Assembly: GCA_963764695.1 (NCBI GenBank)
Contig: CAVXTW010000015.1
Span: 93,845-157,844, forward strand
From: an uncultured delta proteobacterium
GTDB taxonomy: Bacteria; Myxococcota_A; Polyangia; Haliangiales; Haliangiaceae
Direction of reading: 5' to 3'
Length of the DNA stretch: 64,000 nucleotides
Below the pieces are notes generated by a model. It saw nothing but the letters and a program-made list of their open reading frames with translations. It ran no database searches and was not told the DNA's origin. The position numbers and the translations under genes are program-made. This document shows positions 50,664-60,918 of the stretch, piece by piece. Each line of letters opens with the position of its first letter. Within the stretch, counting starts at the first letter, position 1.

Positions 50664-51698
50664 TCAGCGCAGCGGCACGCGCACGACCTTGAACGGCAGA
50701 TCGGGAGAGCCGGTCGTCGGATCGATCAGATGCACCAGCTGACCCTCGACGACCCACGCGGAGTCACCGATCAGGGTCGCGGTCGTCGGTGCGTCGAGCC
50801 CGTCGCGCACCACGGTCAGCTCCGGCGCCTTCCCACCCAGCGCGATGCGCGTGAGCCGCCCGACACCCTCGACGACGATCAGCGTGTCGGCAGCCTCGAG
50901 GCGCAGTCCGTCCGGCGTCTCCAGCGCGCGCTCCAGCGGCACCTCGACAGCCTTTCCCGGCTCGGCATCCTCGCCGATCGGGATCTGGAACAGCTGTCCG
51001 GTGTTCGACTTGACCGTGTAGAGGACGTCGCCGTCCACCTCGATGCCGTTGAGGTTGAAGCCCTTGCCGCCGAAGCGCTCGTCCTCGAGCCAGATCTCGA
51101 GATCGTCCCCGCCGGCCGGCAAGGTCAGGATGCGGGCCGCGAACGAGTCGGTCGCGTACACGTTGCCGTCGGCGTCCAGCGCGAGGTCGTTGCAGAATCC
51201 GCCGCCCGGGAAGTCGAAGCTGCCGGCCGGCTCGCCGGTGGCAAGATCGAACGCCTTGAGGCCGGGCGGGCTCGCGCCGGTACCCGCCGAGTCGGACGAG
51301 CAGGCCCACAGCGTGCCGCGCGCCTCGTCTGCCAGAAGGCCAACTGTGTTGAGCAGGCCGTTGTCGCCGCCCTCGGCGAATGCCTCCTCGTCCGGTGCGG
51401 TCGCGCCGGACGCGACGCGGAAGATCGTCCCCTGGCTGACGCTGCCGACGAAGACGGTGCCGTCGGCGAGAGACGTGATCCCCTCCGGGTAGACCGCGTC
51501 GCCGGGGAGGAGAATGGCATCATCGCCGCCGGCGTCGGCGGTCGCCGCGTCCTCACCGGCGCTGGCGTCGTTGCCGGGCGCGGCGTCGGCCTGCGTCTGA
51601 TCGTCGCCACCGTCGTCATCGTCGTCGCCGCACGCGGTCGGGACAGAGAGCGCGAGCAGCAGCGCTCCGGTCCGCAGGGCTCGGGTTGACATCGACAT
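50664..51698 (-). CDS. Lipoprotein with SMP-30/gluconolactonase/strictosidine-synthase-like beta-propeller (SGL-like)
   Basis: AAAGGAG SD at internal ATG 51698. Lipobox LSVPTAC plus poly-Asp. NDLALDADGNVYATD-type propeller blades. The 873-aa track ORF upstream is a shadow-frame fusion. Confidence 0.65.
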   Translation of the reverse strand: MSMSTRALRTGALLLALSVPTACGDDDDDGGDDQTQADAAPGNDASAGEDAATADAGGDDAILLPGDAVYPEGITSLADGTVFVGSVSQGTIFRVASGATAPDEEAFAEGGDNGLLNTVGLLADEARGTLWACSSDSAGTGASPPGLKAFDLATGEPAGSFDFPGGGFCNDLALDADGNVYATDSFAARILTLPAGGDDLEIWLEDERFGGKGFNLNGIEVDGDVLYTVKSNTGQLFQIPIGEDAEPGKAVEVPLERALETPDGLRLEAADTLIVVEGVGRLTRIALGGKAPELTVVRDGLDAPTTATLIGDSAWVVEGQLVHLIDPTTGSPDLPFKVVRVPLR

Positions 51699-51739
51699 CG
51701 TGAGCTCCTTTTGCTTTTTCTGGTCCGGGAACATGGGGC

Positions 51740-51778
51740 GGTGCTGCATAGCACCGGACGCGGCGTTTTTCCGCCGCG
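51740..51778 (-). terminator. Tandem hairpins downstream of the GMC oxidoreductase gene
   Basis: GGTGCT-gcat-AGCACC and CGCGGCG-tttttc-CGCCGCG, between the GMC stop (51821) and the next gene start (51698). Confidence 0.3.
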
Positions 51779-51820
51779 CCCGCCCCCGAATCGGCGAGCG
51801 GCGCCGATCTGTCGTCCCCG

Positions 51821-53437
51821 TCAGGCCAGATCGGACGCCGGATCGAGCGGCGCGCGCCCGCGAATCAGATCGGCGGCACGCTCGGCGATCATGACGATCG
51901 GCGCATGCGTGTTCCCGCCTACGATCGTGGGCATGATCGATCCGTCGGCCACGCGCAGGCCGACCAGGCCGCGCAGCCGAAGCTCTGGATCCACCACGGC
52001 ATCGTCGCCGATGCCCATGCGGCAGGTACCGACCGGATGGAAGATCGTGTTGGCGCGCAGGCGCACGTCGGCGCGCAGGTCGTCGCCGCTGGAGACCTTT
52101 GGCCCGGGCGCAACCTCCTCGCCGCACAAATCGGCCAGCGGCCGGGTGGCCGCGATCGCCCTCGCGCGCTCGATGCCGGCGACCAGGAGATCGAGGTCGG
52201 CGCCGTCGGTGAGATAGCGCGGGTCGATCGCTGGAGGGTCGCGCGGGTCGGCGCTGCGCAGGCGGATGGTGCCGCGGCTGCCGGGATAGATGAGCGTGGG
52301 CAGGATGGTGACGAACGCGCCCAGGTCCGGGCCGACCTTCTCGTCGAAGTTGGGCGTGAAACCGCCCCACGGCAGCACGTGATACTGCAGATCCGGGCGC
52401 GCGCGATCGGCTCGCGTGCGGACGAACGCGCCCGTGTGCACCGGCGGCAAGGTCAGCGGTCCGCTGCCGCGCATCGCGTAGCGGCACAGCCATCCCAGCG
52501 ACCCGAGCGTCGAGTACTTGCTCGACCCGCGCGCGCGTGTCCTGTACTGCACGACGGTGAAGAGATGATCTTGCAGGTTCGCGCCCACGCCCGGCAGGTC
52601 GTGCACGACATCGACACCGACCGATTTCAGATGATCGGCGGGCCCGATCCCGGACAGCTGGAGCAGGTGCGGCGAGCCGACCGCGCCGGCCGCGAGCACC
52701 ACCTCCTTGCTCGCGGTGGCGACTCGCTCCTCGCGCCCGACCGCGTAGCGCACACCCTCCACCCGCCCGCCGCGCACGACCAGCCCGAGGACATGCGCTC
52801 CTGTCTGCACGTCGAGGTTGGCGCGCTCGCGGGCCGGGTGCAGGAACGCATCCGCGGAGCTCCACCGGCGGCCGTCGCGCACGGTGTACTGGAAGTAGCC
52901 CGCGCCTTCCTGGCGGGCGCCGTTGAAGTCGTCGTTGCGCGACACCGCGCACACCGCGCACGCGGCGTCGACGAACGCGTCCGCCGCCGGCGCGCACGAT
53001 CCGGTGTGGCGCACGTCGAGCGGCCCGCCGCTGCCGTGATAGGGAGACGGCTCGCCGCACCAGTTCTCCGAGCGCTTGAAGTAGGGCAGCACGTCGGCGT
53101 AGCCCCAGCCCGAGTTGCCCAGGTCGCGCCACTCGTCGTAGTTCGATCGGTGGCCGCGGATGTAGATCATCGCGTTGAGGCTGCTCGAGCCGCCAAGCAC
53201 GCGGCCGCGCGGCCAGAACATGCGCCGCTCGGTGACCCCGACCTGCGGCTCGGTGCGGAACGCCCAGTCGTGCTTTCCGCGCCACAGCATGTAGTAGAGG
53301 CCCGGGCCGCGGATGAACAGCGCCTTGTCGCGCCCGCCGGCCTCGAGCAGGAGCACGCGCGCCGACTCGTCCTCGCTCAGCCGAGCCGCCAGCACGCAGC
53401 CGGCCGATCCTGCTCCCACGATGATGTAGTCGTACAT
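51821..53437 (-). CDS. GMC-family FAD-dependent oxidoreductase (choline-dehydrogenase-like)
   Basis: GAGGGAGAG SD. MYDYIIVGAGSAGCVLAARLSED Rossmann/FAD motif. C-terminal HPVGTCRMG active-site region. Confidence 0.85.
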   Translation of the reverse strand: MYDYIIVGAGSAGCVLAARLSEDESARVLLLEAGGRDKALFIRGPGLYYMLWRGKHDWAFRTEPQVGVTERRMFWPRGRVLGGSSSLNAMIYIRGHRSNYDEWRDLGNSGWGYADVLPYFKRSENWCGEPSPYHGSGGPLDVRHTGSCAPAADAFVDAACAVCAVSRNDDFNGARQEGAGYFQYTVRDGRRWSSADAFLHPARERANLDVQTGAHVLGLVVRGGRVEGVRYAVGREERVATASKEVVLAAGAVGSPHLLQLSGIGPADHLKSVGVDVVHDLPGVGANLQDHLFTVVQYRTRARGSSKYSTLGSLGWLCRYAMRGSGPLTLPPVHTGAFVRTRADRARPDLQYHVLPWGGFTPNFDEKVGPDLGAFVTILPTLIYPGSRGTIRLRSADPRDPPAIDPRYLTDGADLDLLVAGIERARAIAATRPLADLCGEEVAPGPKVSSGDDLRADVRLRANTIFHPVGTCRMGIGDDAVVDPELRLRGLVGLRVADGSIMPTIVGGNTHAPIVMIAERAADLIRGRAPLDPASDLA

Positions 53438-53477
53438 GGCTCTCCCTCGCGGCGCCTGTCGACCGCCGTGCGTTGAC

Positions 53478-55172
53478 TCAGACTGGATCGAGCTCCGGGT
53501 AGTTCGGCTCCCACATGGCCGACGCGACGGCGCCTGCAATCTCGCCGTCGTCGATGTCGCGGCCGATGCCCTCGTCGCGCGCCTGGCGCACCACCGCCTC
53601 TGCCACCCGCGCCGTGACCGTGCGCAGCCGCGCGATGGCGGGAAACAGCGATCCGGCCTCTCGCTCCTCCGCCGTCACCTCCGCCGACAGCGCCCGGGCC
53701 GCGGCGAGAAACAGCGTGTCGGTGACGCCCCGCGCCTCGCTCACCAGCACGCCGAGGCCGACGCCGGGAAAGATGAAGACGTTGTTGCCCTGCCCGACCT
53801 TCACCGTTCGCCCCGCGTGCGTGACGGCGCCGAACGGGCTGCCGGTGGCGATGAGGGCCCGGCCATCGCTCCAGGTCAAGAGATCGCGCGGATGGGCCTC
53901 GGCCCGCTCGGTCGGGTTGGACAGAGGAAAGATGATCGGGCGCTGCGCGTGTGCCGCCATCTCGCGCACCACCGGCTCGGTGAACAGCCCCGGCACGCCG
54001 GCCACTCCGACCAGCGCGGTCGGCCGCAGGCTGCGCACGACGTCGACCAGCTGGTGTCCAGGCCGCAGCCCGGCGCTCTCGGCCATGGATCGCGGCCAGG
54101 CCAGGCCGCGGTGATGCGCGAGATCCGACTCCACCACCAGGCCGTCGACGTCGACCAGCGCGAGCGCCCGCTGCAGATCATCGCCGCCCAGTCCGGCGCG
54201 CTCCAGGCTCAGGCGCAGGAGACGCGCGATGCCGGTGCCGGCCGCACCCGCCCCCACGATGACGATGCGCTGCCCGGTCAGCGAGGTTCCGGCGACCTGC
54301 GCCGCCACCATCGTCCCGGCCACCGCCATGGCCGCCGTGCCCTGGATGTCGTCGTTGAACGACGGCAGCACGCCGCGGTAGCGCTCGAGCAGCTCCACCG
54401 CGTTCCACTGCTTGAAGTCCTCCCACTGGAGCAGCGCGCCCGGAAAGCGGCGGGCCACGGCGTGCACGAACTCGTCGACGAGCGCCTGGTAGGCGGCGCC
54501 GCGCAGGCGCGGCTGACTGTAGCCGACGTAGAGGTCATCTTGTAGCAGCACCTCGTTGTCGGTGCCGACGTCGAGGCTGACCGGCAGCGTCTGTGCCGGA
54601 TGGATGCCGGCCGCGGCAACGTACAGCGCCGCCTTGCCGATCGGGATGCCCATGCCGCCGGCGCCCTGATCGCCCAGGCCCAGGATGCGCTCGTTGTCGG
54701 TCACGACGATCAGGCGGACGTCGTCGTACGGCGCGTTGGCCAGGATCTGATCGATGCGGCCGCGGTGCTCCGGCGTGATCCACAGCCCGCGCGCGCGGCG
54801 GAAGATGCGGCTGTACTCGCGGCAGGCCAGGCCGACCGTCGGTGTGTACACGATCGGGAGGAACTCCTCGAGGTGATCGAGCAGCACGCGGTAGAAGAGG
54901 TGCTCGTTGCGGTCCTCGAGCGCGGCCAGCCCGATGTAGCGCTCGAGCGCGTCGGTCTTGCGGATGATGTTGGCGTAGGCGCGGCGGGCCTGCTGCTCCA
55001 TCGTGCTGACCACATCGGGCAGCATCCCCTCGAGGCCCAGCGCGCGGCGCGACTCGGGCGTGAACGCCGTCGAGCGGTTGTACATCGGGTGATTGAGCAG
55101 CTGCGATCCGCGCAGCCGTACCTCCACCCGCTCGCGCCCGTCCGGCCCGCGCTTGCGGCGGTAGGACTCCAT
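53478..55172 (-). CDS. NAD(P)-dependent malic enzyme
   Basis: N-terminus aligns with the SfcA LLNKGSAFSMEER segment (here [18 protein letters not shown]). Dinucleotide motifs [10 protein letters not shown] and [10 protein letters not shown] are present. Confidence 0.9.
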   Translation of the reverse strand: MESYRRKRGPDGRERVEVRLRGSQLLNHPMYNRSTAFTPESRRALGLEGMLPDVVSTMEQQARRAYANIIRKTDALERYIGLAALEDRNEHLFYRVLLDHLEEFLPIVYTPTVGLACREYSRIFRRARGLWITPEHRGRIDQILANAPYDDVRLIVVTDNERILGLGDQGAGGMGIPIGKAALYVAAAGIHPAQTLPVSLDVGTDNEVLLQDDLYVGYSQPRLRGAAYQALVDEFVHAVARRFPGALLQWEDFKQWNAVELLERYRGVLPSFNDDIQGTAAMAVAGTMVAAQVAGTSLTGQRIVIVGAGAAGTGIARLLRLSLERAGLGGDDLQRALALVDVDGLVVESDLAHHRGLAWPRSMAESAGLRPGHQLVDVVRSLRPTALVGVAGVPGLFTEPVVREMAAHAQRPIIFPLSNPTERAEAHPRDLLTWSDGRALIATGSPFGAVTHAGRTVKVGQGNNVFIFPGVGLGVLVSEARGVTDTLFLAAARALSAEVTAEEREAGSLFPAIARLRTVTARVAEAVVRQARDEGIGRDIDDGEIAGAVASAMWEPNYPELDPV

Positions 55173-55209
55173 GGAGGCCGATGTTACACGGCCCGCACGA
55201 GACTCGTCC

Positions 55210-57408
55210 TCACATCCCGAGCTGATCGGCCAGGAAGGCGAACGCGTCGGTGCCGCCCTCGACGGTCTGCTTGACCAGATCGGCGCCGCCGTGGCCGGCG
55301 TGCTGCTCGATGCGCAGCAGCGCCGGCGCCTTCGAGCCGCTGGCACGCTGGATGGCCGCGACGAACTTGCGCGCGTGCATCGGGTCAACGCGGTCGTCGC
55401 TGTCGGTCGACAGCACCAGCAGCGACGGATACGCCGCTCCGTCCTTCACGCGATGATAGGGCGAATACGCGTGCAGCGCGGCGAACTGGGCCGGATCCTC
55501 GGCCGTGCCGTACTCCGGCACCCAGGTCTTGCCCGAGCCGTACAGGTGGTAGCGCACCATGTCGAGCAGCGGCACGCCGCAAAGGATCGCCTTGAACAGC
55601 TCCGGCGCCTGGGTCATCGCCGCTCCCACCAGCAGCCCGCCGTTGGAGCGGCCGGCCGCGGCCAGGTGCTGCGGCGAGGTCCACTTCTGATCGATGAGGT
55701 AGCGAGCCGCGGCCAGGTAGTCGTCGAAGGTGTTCTGCTTGACCAGCAGCATCCCGGCCTCGTGCCACTCCTCACCCAGCTCGTTGCCGCCGCGCAGGTT
55801 GGGGATGGCCAGCACGCCGCCCATCTCGATCCACGCCGCCCACGGCCACTGCCAGTTGCCCGCGATCGGGCTGGGCAGCATCGGGGTGCTGAAGCCGCCG
55901 TAGCCGAACAGGATGGTCGGATTCTTGCCGCTGCGGACCGCGCCCTTGCGGTGCACCACGAACATGGTGACCTCGGTGCCGTCCTTCGATCGATAGCGCA
56001 CCTGCTCGGTCTCGATGGTCGACGGATCGAGCGGCAGCCGCACGCGCGACCACTCCTCGACGGTGCCGCGCTCGACCGAGACCTTGAACACGATCCCGCG
56101 CTCGCTGAACGACGAGAACTCGAAGTAGGCCGTGTCCTCGTCGAGCGAGCCGTGTACATCGGCCACCGTGCCGAGCGACGGCAGCTCGAGCGTGTGGGCC
56201 AGCTTCCCGTCGCGACGATGGATGGCGACCGAGCTGGTCGCGTCGCGCATGTAGCTCAGGATCAGGTGGCCGCCCGCCACCTCCATGTTCTCGATGGTCG
56301 CGTCGCCTTGCCCGACGATCTCCTTCCAGCTCGCGCGCGCCGGCCGGCGCGGATCGATGGCCAGCACCCGGAAGCGCGGCGCGCCCTCGTTGCTCAGCAC
56401 GTAGAAGCCGCTGCCCCCGGCCTTGACCTCGAACAGCGCGCCCACGCCCACCACCAGCGGCTTCCAGGCCGCGCGCTTGCTCTTGCGGTCCAGGAGGTAG
56501 AGATCGGTCGAGCTCCATCCGTGGCGGAGGCTGGCGACGAGCCAGCGGCCGTCGCCGGAGACGATGCCGCGCAGGAAGGTCTGCGGGCTGCCCGTGGCCG
56601 GGTGCGCGACGGTGTCGCTGCTCGGATCGCGCCCGAGCAGGTGATGGCGCAGCTCGGCGAAGCCGGGCCGATCCGCCACCGGCACCTTGTCGGACACCGG
56701 CGGCACCCAGGTGTAGTAGAAGCCCTTGCCGTCCGGCGTCCACTCGACCTGGGCGTACTTGGCGCCGGGGATGGTGTCGGGCAGCTCGGCGCCGGTCGCC
56801 ACGTCGACGACGTGCAGCACCGCCTCGTCCGAGTTGTTCACCTTGCGCTGGTAGGCGATGTGGCGCCCGTTCGGGCTCGGCTCCCACGAGCCCATGCTCG
56901 TCGAGCCGTCGGTGCTCCACGTGTTCGGATCGAGCAGCACCTTCTCGGCGCCGCCTTCGCCCTGCTTCCAGTACAGGACGCCCTTCTCCTTGTCCTTGTG
57001 CTTGCGGATCCAGAACAGCCGGCCCTCGTGCTGCTCCGGTACGCCCGACGCGTCGAAGTAGGAGAGCTCGGCGATGCGCGCGGCCAGGCGCTCGCGGCGC
57101 GGCAGCTTGTCGAGGTACGCGCGGGTCAGCTGCTGCTGCGCCGCCATCCACTGCACCACCTCTGGCTTGCTTGCGTCCTCGAGCCAGCGATACGGATCGG
57201 GCACCGCGACGCCGTGGATCTGATCGACCACCTCGTCCCGGCGCGTCTCCGGGTAGGCCGGCCGGGATGGATCGGAAGGCGCGGCGCCCGTGGTCGCCGG
57301 CGCATCAGGCTGCGCCGCCTTGCCGCCGCATCCGATCAGCGACAGCCCGAGGGTGACGACGGCGGCCTGGCCGGACCGGCCGAGATGGATCGATCGAAGG
57401 TGGCGCAC
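55210..57408 (-). CDS. Prolyl oligopeptidase (S9A family) lipoprotein
   Basis: Likely GTG start giving (M)[26 protein letters not shown] lipoprotein signal. N-terminal beta-propeller. Catalytic GRSNGGLL (Ser), DDRV (Asp) and GHGG (His) motifs. Confidence 0.8.
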   Translation of the reverse strand: MRHLRSIHLGRSGQAAVVTLGLSLIGCGGKAAQPDAPATTGAAPSDPSRPAYPETRRDEVVDQIHGVAVPDPYRWLEDASKPEVVQWMAAQQQLTRAYLDKLPRRERLAARIAELSYFDASGVPEQHEGRLFWIRKHKDKEKGVLYWKQGEGGAEKVLLDPNTWSTDGSTSMGSWEPSPNGRHIAYQRKVNNSDEAVLHVVDVATGAELPDTIPGAKYAQVEWTPDGKGFYYTWVPPVSDKVPVADRPGFAELRHHLLGRDPSSDTVAHPATGSPQTFLRGIVSGDGRWLVASLRHGWSSTDLYLLDRKSKRAAWKPLVVGVGALFEVKAGGSGFYVLSNEGAPRFRVLAIDPRRPARASWKEIVGQGDATIENMEVAGGHLILSYMRDATSSVAIHRRDGKLAHTLELPSLGTVADVHGSLDEDTAYFEFSSFSERGIVFKVSVERGTVEEWSRVRLPLDPSTIETEQVRYRSKDGTEVTMFVVHRKGAVRSGKNPTILFGYGGFSTPMLPSPIAGNWQWPWAAWIEMGGVLAIPNLRGGNELGEEWHEAGMLLVKQNTFDDYLAAARYLIDQKWTSPQHLAAAGRSNGGLLVGAAMTQAPELFKAILCGVPLLDMVRYHLYGSGKTWVPEYGTAEDPAQFAALHAYSPYHRVKDGAAYPSLLVLSTDSDDRVDPMHARKFVAAIQRASGSKAPALLRIEQHAGHGGADLVKQTVEGGTDAFAFLADQLGM

Positions 57409-57537
57409 GACGCGGACGCTAGCACGCCCGCCGCGACCCTGATGCCGCGGGCCCGCACCCGTCCCGGGAGGCGACCGGCCGGCGCGCCCGGAGTCTCCGG
57501 CACATGCGAGGCAGCGCCGCGGGCGTCTGCCATCCAT

Positions 57538-57557
57538 TGTGATCGACTGTGATCGAC
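57538..57557. repeat. Perfect tandem direct repeat TGTGATCGAC x2
   Basis: Seen directly in the sequence, between the SDR stop and the prolyl oligopeptidase start. A CCGGAGtCTCCGG palindrome lies at 57488-57500. Confidence 0.5.
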
Positions 57558-57561
57558 CCGG

Positions 57562-58332
57562 TCACGGCATGGCCAGGCCCTGGATGGTCATCCCGCCATC
57601 CACGGCCAGGCTCTGCCCGGTGACGTACGACGCCGCCGGCATGGCCAGGAAGGCCACGACGGTGGCCACCTCGCGCGGCTCGGCGATACGGCCCAGCGGC
57701 GTGCGCGCGACGACCGCGGCGAGGAACTCGGGCCGGCTCAGCACCGGCTCGACCAGCGGCGTGCGCGTGTACCACGGCGAGACCGTGTTGACGCGGATGC
57801 CGTCGCGGGCCCACTCGAGGGCGAGCGTGCGCGCGACCTGGGCCAGCCCGGCCTTGGCCGCGCCGTACGCAACGCCGGTCGGCAGCGCCACGTGGCCGGC
57901 CACCGACCCGACGTGGATGACGCTGGCGTCGCCGGCGGCGCGCAGCTGCGGGTGCAGATCGCGCGACAGCAACACCGGCGCGGTCAGGTTGAGCGCGATC
58001 ATGTGCTCGATGGTGGCGTCGTCGTAGCCGACCAGCGGGCTGCGCACGTTGCCGCCCGCGTTGTGGACCAGGATGTGGAGCGGCCCGCGCTCGCGAACCG
58101 CCGCGGCGATGCGCGCGCGGCCGGCCGGATCCGTGACGTCGGCGGCGATGCCGGTCACGCCCAGCTCGATGACGGCCTGATCGAGGCCCTCCTGCGATCG
58201 CGCCACCAGCATCACCGACGCGCCGAGCTCGAGAAACTCGCGCGCGATCGCGAGCCCGATTCCGCGGCTACCGCCGGTCACCAGCGCGGTGCGACCGTCG
58301 AGCCGCCAGGCGCTGTCGGTTGTGTTCGACAC
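57562..58332 (-). CDS. SDR-family short-chain dehydrogenase/reductase
   Basis: TGGSRGIG cofactor motif, NAG, and YGAAKAG catalytic Tyr-Lys. Confidence 0.85.
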   Translation of the reverse strand: MSNTTDSAWRLDGRTALVTGGSRGIGLAIAREFLELGASVMLVARSQEGLDQAVIELGVTGIAADVTDPAGRARIAAAVRERGPLHILVHNAGGNVRSPLVGYDDATIEHMIALNLTAPVLLSRDLHPQLRAAGDASVIHVGSVAGHVALPTGVAYGAAKAGLAQVARTLALEWARDGIRVNTVSPWYTRTPLVEPVLSRPEFLAAVVARTPLGRIAEPREVATVVAFLAMPAASYVTGQSLAVDGGMTIQGLAMP

Positions 58333-58434
58333 GCGGGCATCATCGGACTACCGGCCGGCGCGTTCAAGCGCCCAGCAGGAGGGGTACACTCGCGCGACAG
58401 GATTGCTGGCCGGTTGTTCGCGGGAGTCGTGCTC

Positions 58435-59247
58435 ATGAGACTCGACGATCTGATGCAGCTGATGACCCGGCTCCGCCTCGGCGAACCGGGCGCGCGGCCC
58501 CGTCGCCCGCCGCGCGAGCAGCTCGACGAGGTGCGCGACGCGTTCGCAGCCGGTCTGGCCGGTGCCGACTTCGCGCTCGACTGCGTCGAGGCAGACCTTC
58601 GCACCTGGCGCGAGTGGGAGGCTTCGGGCTGGAAGGGGCGCAAGGCCCCGCTCGCCGCCATCCCGGAGCTCGGCATCACGGTCGTGATGTTCTTCTGGCC
58701 GCCCGGCGAGGTCTCGCAGCCGCACGAGCACACGTCGTGGACGTTGAGCGCCGTCCTCCACAACCCGCTCGAGGTCACGACCTTCGAATGGGACGTCGCG
58801 GTGGCGGAGCGTCGCCTGGAGAGAAGGAACGTCTTCACCGCCCAGGTCGGCCGCGTCGGCTACGTCCACGACCCGGCCATCCACAGCCCCCGCAACCGCT
58901 CGGACAGGTGGGCCACGTCGATCCACATCTACAACGCCGACGATGTGGCCGTGCTCGAGAAGCAGGTCGGCCCGATCGAGGGGCTCGAGAGCGCCGATGA
59001 AGACGCGGCCCGCGCCCGCTACGAGTCGCGGCCGCCCGCCGTGTTCGAGCACGTGCGCCAGTGTACCTACCGCGTCCACGCCGAGGCGCTGCGGCGATAC
59101 CCATCGGCGCGGACCGTGGAGGTCCTGGAGTCTCTGTGGCAGCTCGGCGATCCGGTCACGCGCGAGGCGGTCGCGGTGTCGATCCGCGCGGTGTCGCCGC
59201 ACGATGCGGACGCGCGCATCAGGCGACTCTCCGCCCGGGCCGGCTGA
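58435..59247 (+). CDS. Cupin-fold thiol dioxygenase-like protein (cysteine dioxygenase type I-like)
   Basis: GGGAG SD. FFWPPGEVSQPHEHTSW resembles the CDO WxPGQxSPIHDH iron-binding cupin motif. The 451-aa track ORF extension is shadow sequence. Confidence 0.55.
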   Translation: MRLDDLMQLMTRLRLGEPGARPRRPPREQLDEVRDAFAAGLAGADFALDCVEADLRTWREWEASGWKGRKAPLAAIPELGITVVMFFWPPGEVSQPHEHTSWTLSAVLHNPLEVTTFEWDVAVAERRLERRNVFTAQVGRVGYVHDPAIHSPRNRSDRWATSIHIYNADDVAVLEKQVGPIEGLESADEDAARARYESRPPAVFEHVRQCTYRVHAEALRRYPSARTVEVLESLWQLGDPVTREAVAVSIRAVSPHDADARIRRLSARAG

Positions 59248-59281
59248 TCGGCTGATCGGATGATCCGATGAGGAGGCGCCG

Positions 59282-60616
59282 ATGACCGGGCAACGCGAGA
59301 CCTTCACGTCGCGCCTCGGCGCCGTGGTCACGATGATCGGCGTCGCCGTCGGCATCGGCAACATCTGGCGCTTCCCGTACATGGTCGGGAAGTTCGGCGG
59401 CGCGGCCTTCGTGCTGCTCTACGTCGCGCTCGTCGCCGCGATCGGCGTGCCGGCCTTGATGGCCGAGTGGGCACTGGGCCGCCGCACCCGCCGCGGCCCG
59501 GTCGGCGCCTTCGCCGCGGCCGGTTTGCCCCTCGGACGCGCGGCCGGCTGGTTCTTCTTCGCCGTCGTCGCCGCGGCGACCGCCTACTACACCGCCGTGA
59601 TCGGCTGGGTGCTGTACTACGCCGTCGCCGAGCTGCTCGCCCCGGTCGTGAAGATCCGCGCCGCCGCCGTGCTTCCGCCCGACACCGGCTTCGACGGGGT
59701 TTCGTTCGCCCTGCAGCTGGCCTGCACGGCCGCCGTGATCCTGAGCTGCGCCTTCGTCCTGCTCCGCGGCCTGCGCGCCGGCATCGAGCGGGCCAGCGCC
59801 GTGATCCTGCCGCTGCTCCTGATCATCACGATCGTGCTCCTGGTCCGCACCCTCACCCTGCCCGGCGCCATGGCCGGCGTGCGCTGGTACATCCTCGAGC
59901 TGCGCTGGTCCGACATCGACGGCCGCGTCGCCATGGCCGCCCTCGGCCACGCCATCTTCTCGCTCTCCCTCGGCGGCACCTTCATGGTCGTCTACGGCTC
60001 GTACCTCTCGCGCGGCGAGCGCCTGCTCGGCAGCGCCGTGTGGACCACCCTGGGCGACACGCTGTCCGGACTCCTGGCCGGCCTGGCGATCATCCCGGCG
60101 GTGTTCGCCTTCGGCCTCGAGCCGACATCGGGCCCGGGCCTCGTCTTCTCGACCCTGCCCCAGGTCTTCGCCGCGATCCCGGCCGGCTGGCTCTTCGGCT
60201 TCCTCTTCTTCGTCGGCCTGCTATGCGCCGGCTACCTCTCTGACATCGGCGCCTTCGAGGTCCTGGTCGCCGGCCTGACCGACAACACGAAGCTCAGCCG
60301 ACGCGCCGCCGTCTGGCTGGTCGCCGCCCTCGTGTTGATCCTCTCCATGCCGCCGACCATCAACAACGCCATCTTCATCCCCTGGGACCTCACCTTCGGC
60401 AGCGGCATGCAGACCCTCGGCGCCCTCCTCGCCATCATCGCCCTCGCCTGGTGCCTCGACCGCAGCACCGCTCTGGCCGAGCTCTCCAGCGACGGCACCC
60501 AGCCCATCCCCGCCTGGCTCTACTACTGGATCCGTTTCGGCATCCCCGCCGCCATCCTCGGCGTCGGCATCTGGTGGCTCCTCACCAGCGTCCTCGGCAC
60601 CGCGACCGCGGAGTGA
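59282..60616 (+). CDS. Sodium-dependent transporter of the neurotransmitter:sodium symporter (NSS/SNF) family
   Basis: GAGGAGG SD. GNIWRFPY signature. 11-12 TM helices. It lies 35 nt after the cupin gene. Confidence 0.85.
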   Translation: MTGQRETFTSRLGAVVTMIGVAVGIGNIWRFPYMVGKFGGAAFVLLYVALVAAIGVPALMAEWALGRRTRRGPVGAFAAAGLPLGRAAGWFFFAVVAAATAYYTAVIGWVLYYAVAELLAPVVKIRAAAVLPPDTGFDGVSFALQLACTAAVILSCAFVLLRGLRAGIERASAVILPLLLIITIVLLVRTLTLPGAMAGVRWYILELRWSDIDGRVAMAALGHAIFSLSLGGTFMVVYGSYLSRGERLLGSAVWTTLGDTLSGLLAGLAIIPAVFAFGLEPTSGPGLVFSTLPQVFAAIPAGWLFGFLFFVGLLCAGYLSDIGAFEVLVAGLTDNTKLSRRAAVWLVAALVLILSMPPTINNAIFIPWDLTFGSGMQTLGALLAIIALAWCLDRSTALAELSSDGTQPIPAWLYYWIRFGIPAAILGVGIWWLLTSVLGTATAE

Positions 60617-60676
60617 TCGGCGCGGCGACGGCCGACGCAAAGTCCCTCGACGCTGTGGGCCGACAGTGCGATCCAG

Positions 60677-60707
60677 TCCCGTCCGGACGGAGTCTCTTAT
60701 CGCGAGG
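60677..60707. repeat. 31-bp direct repeat copy 1 (CCGTCCGGACGGAGTCTCTTATCGCGAGGTT), intergenic
   Basis: 29/31 identity with copy 2 inside the HNH gene. Contains the GTCCGGAC palindrome. Confidence 0.6.
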
Positions 60708-60918
60708 TTGCGAGCGTGGGCTTTTCGCCTGGCCGCGTGAGCTCGGCTGTTCGCTTCGCCGCGTGGCTCGGCCTGGGTTTGACAACCCAAGTACCAGAAC
60801 GAGGATGCGAGAACAGGCCAGGTCGGTCGACCGAGATTGCTCGTGGCGAATTGTGTCCTCTCTCGAAATTCGTTGACGAGGAAGGTGATCAGCGCTCCTG
60901 GGTCGACTGGCGAGGTCA

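Noticed and set aside
50664-53285. 873-aa minus-strand ORF
   Set aside because: Only the 3' 344 codons (50664-51698) are a real lipoprotein gene with SD and signal peptide. The upstream part is the wrong frame of the GMC oxidoreductase gene.
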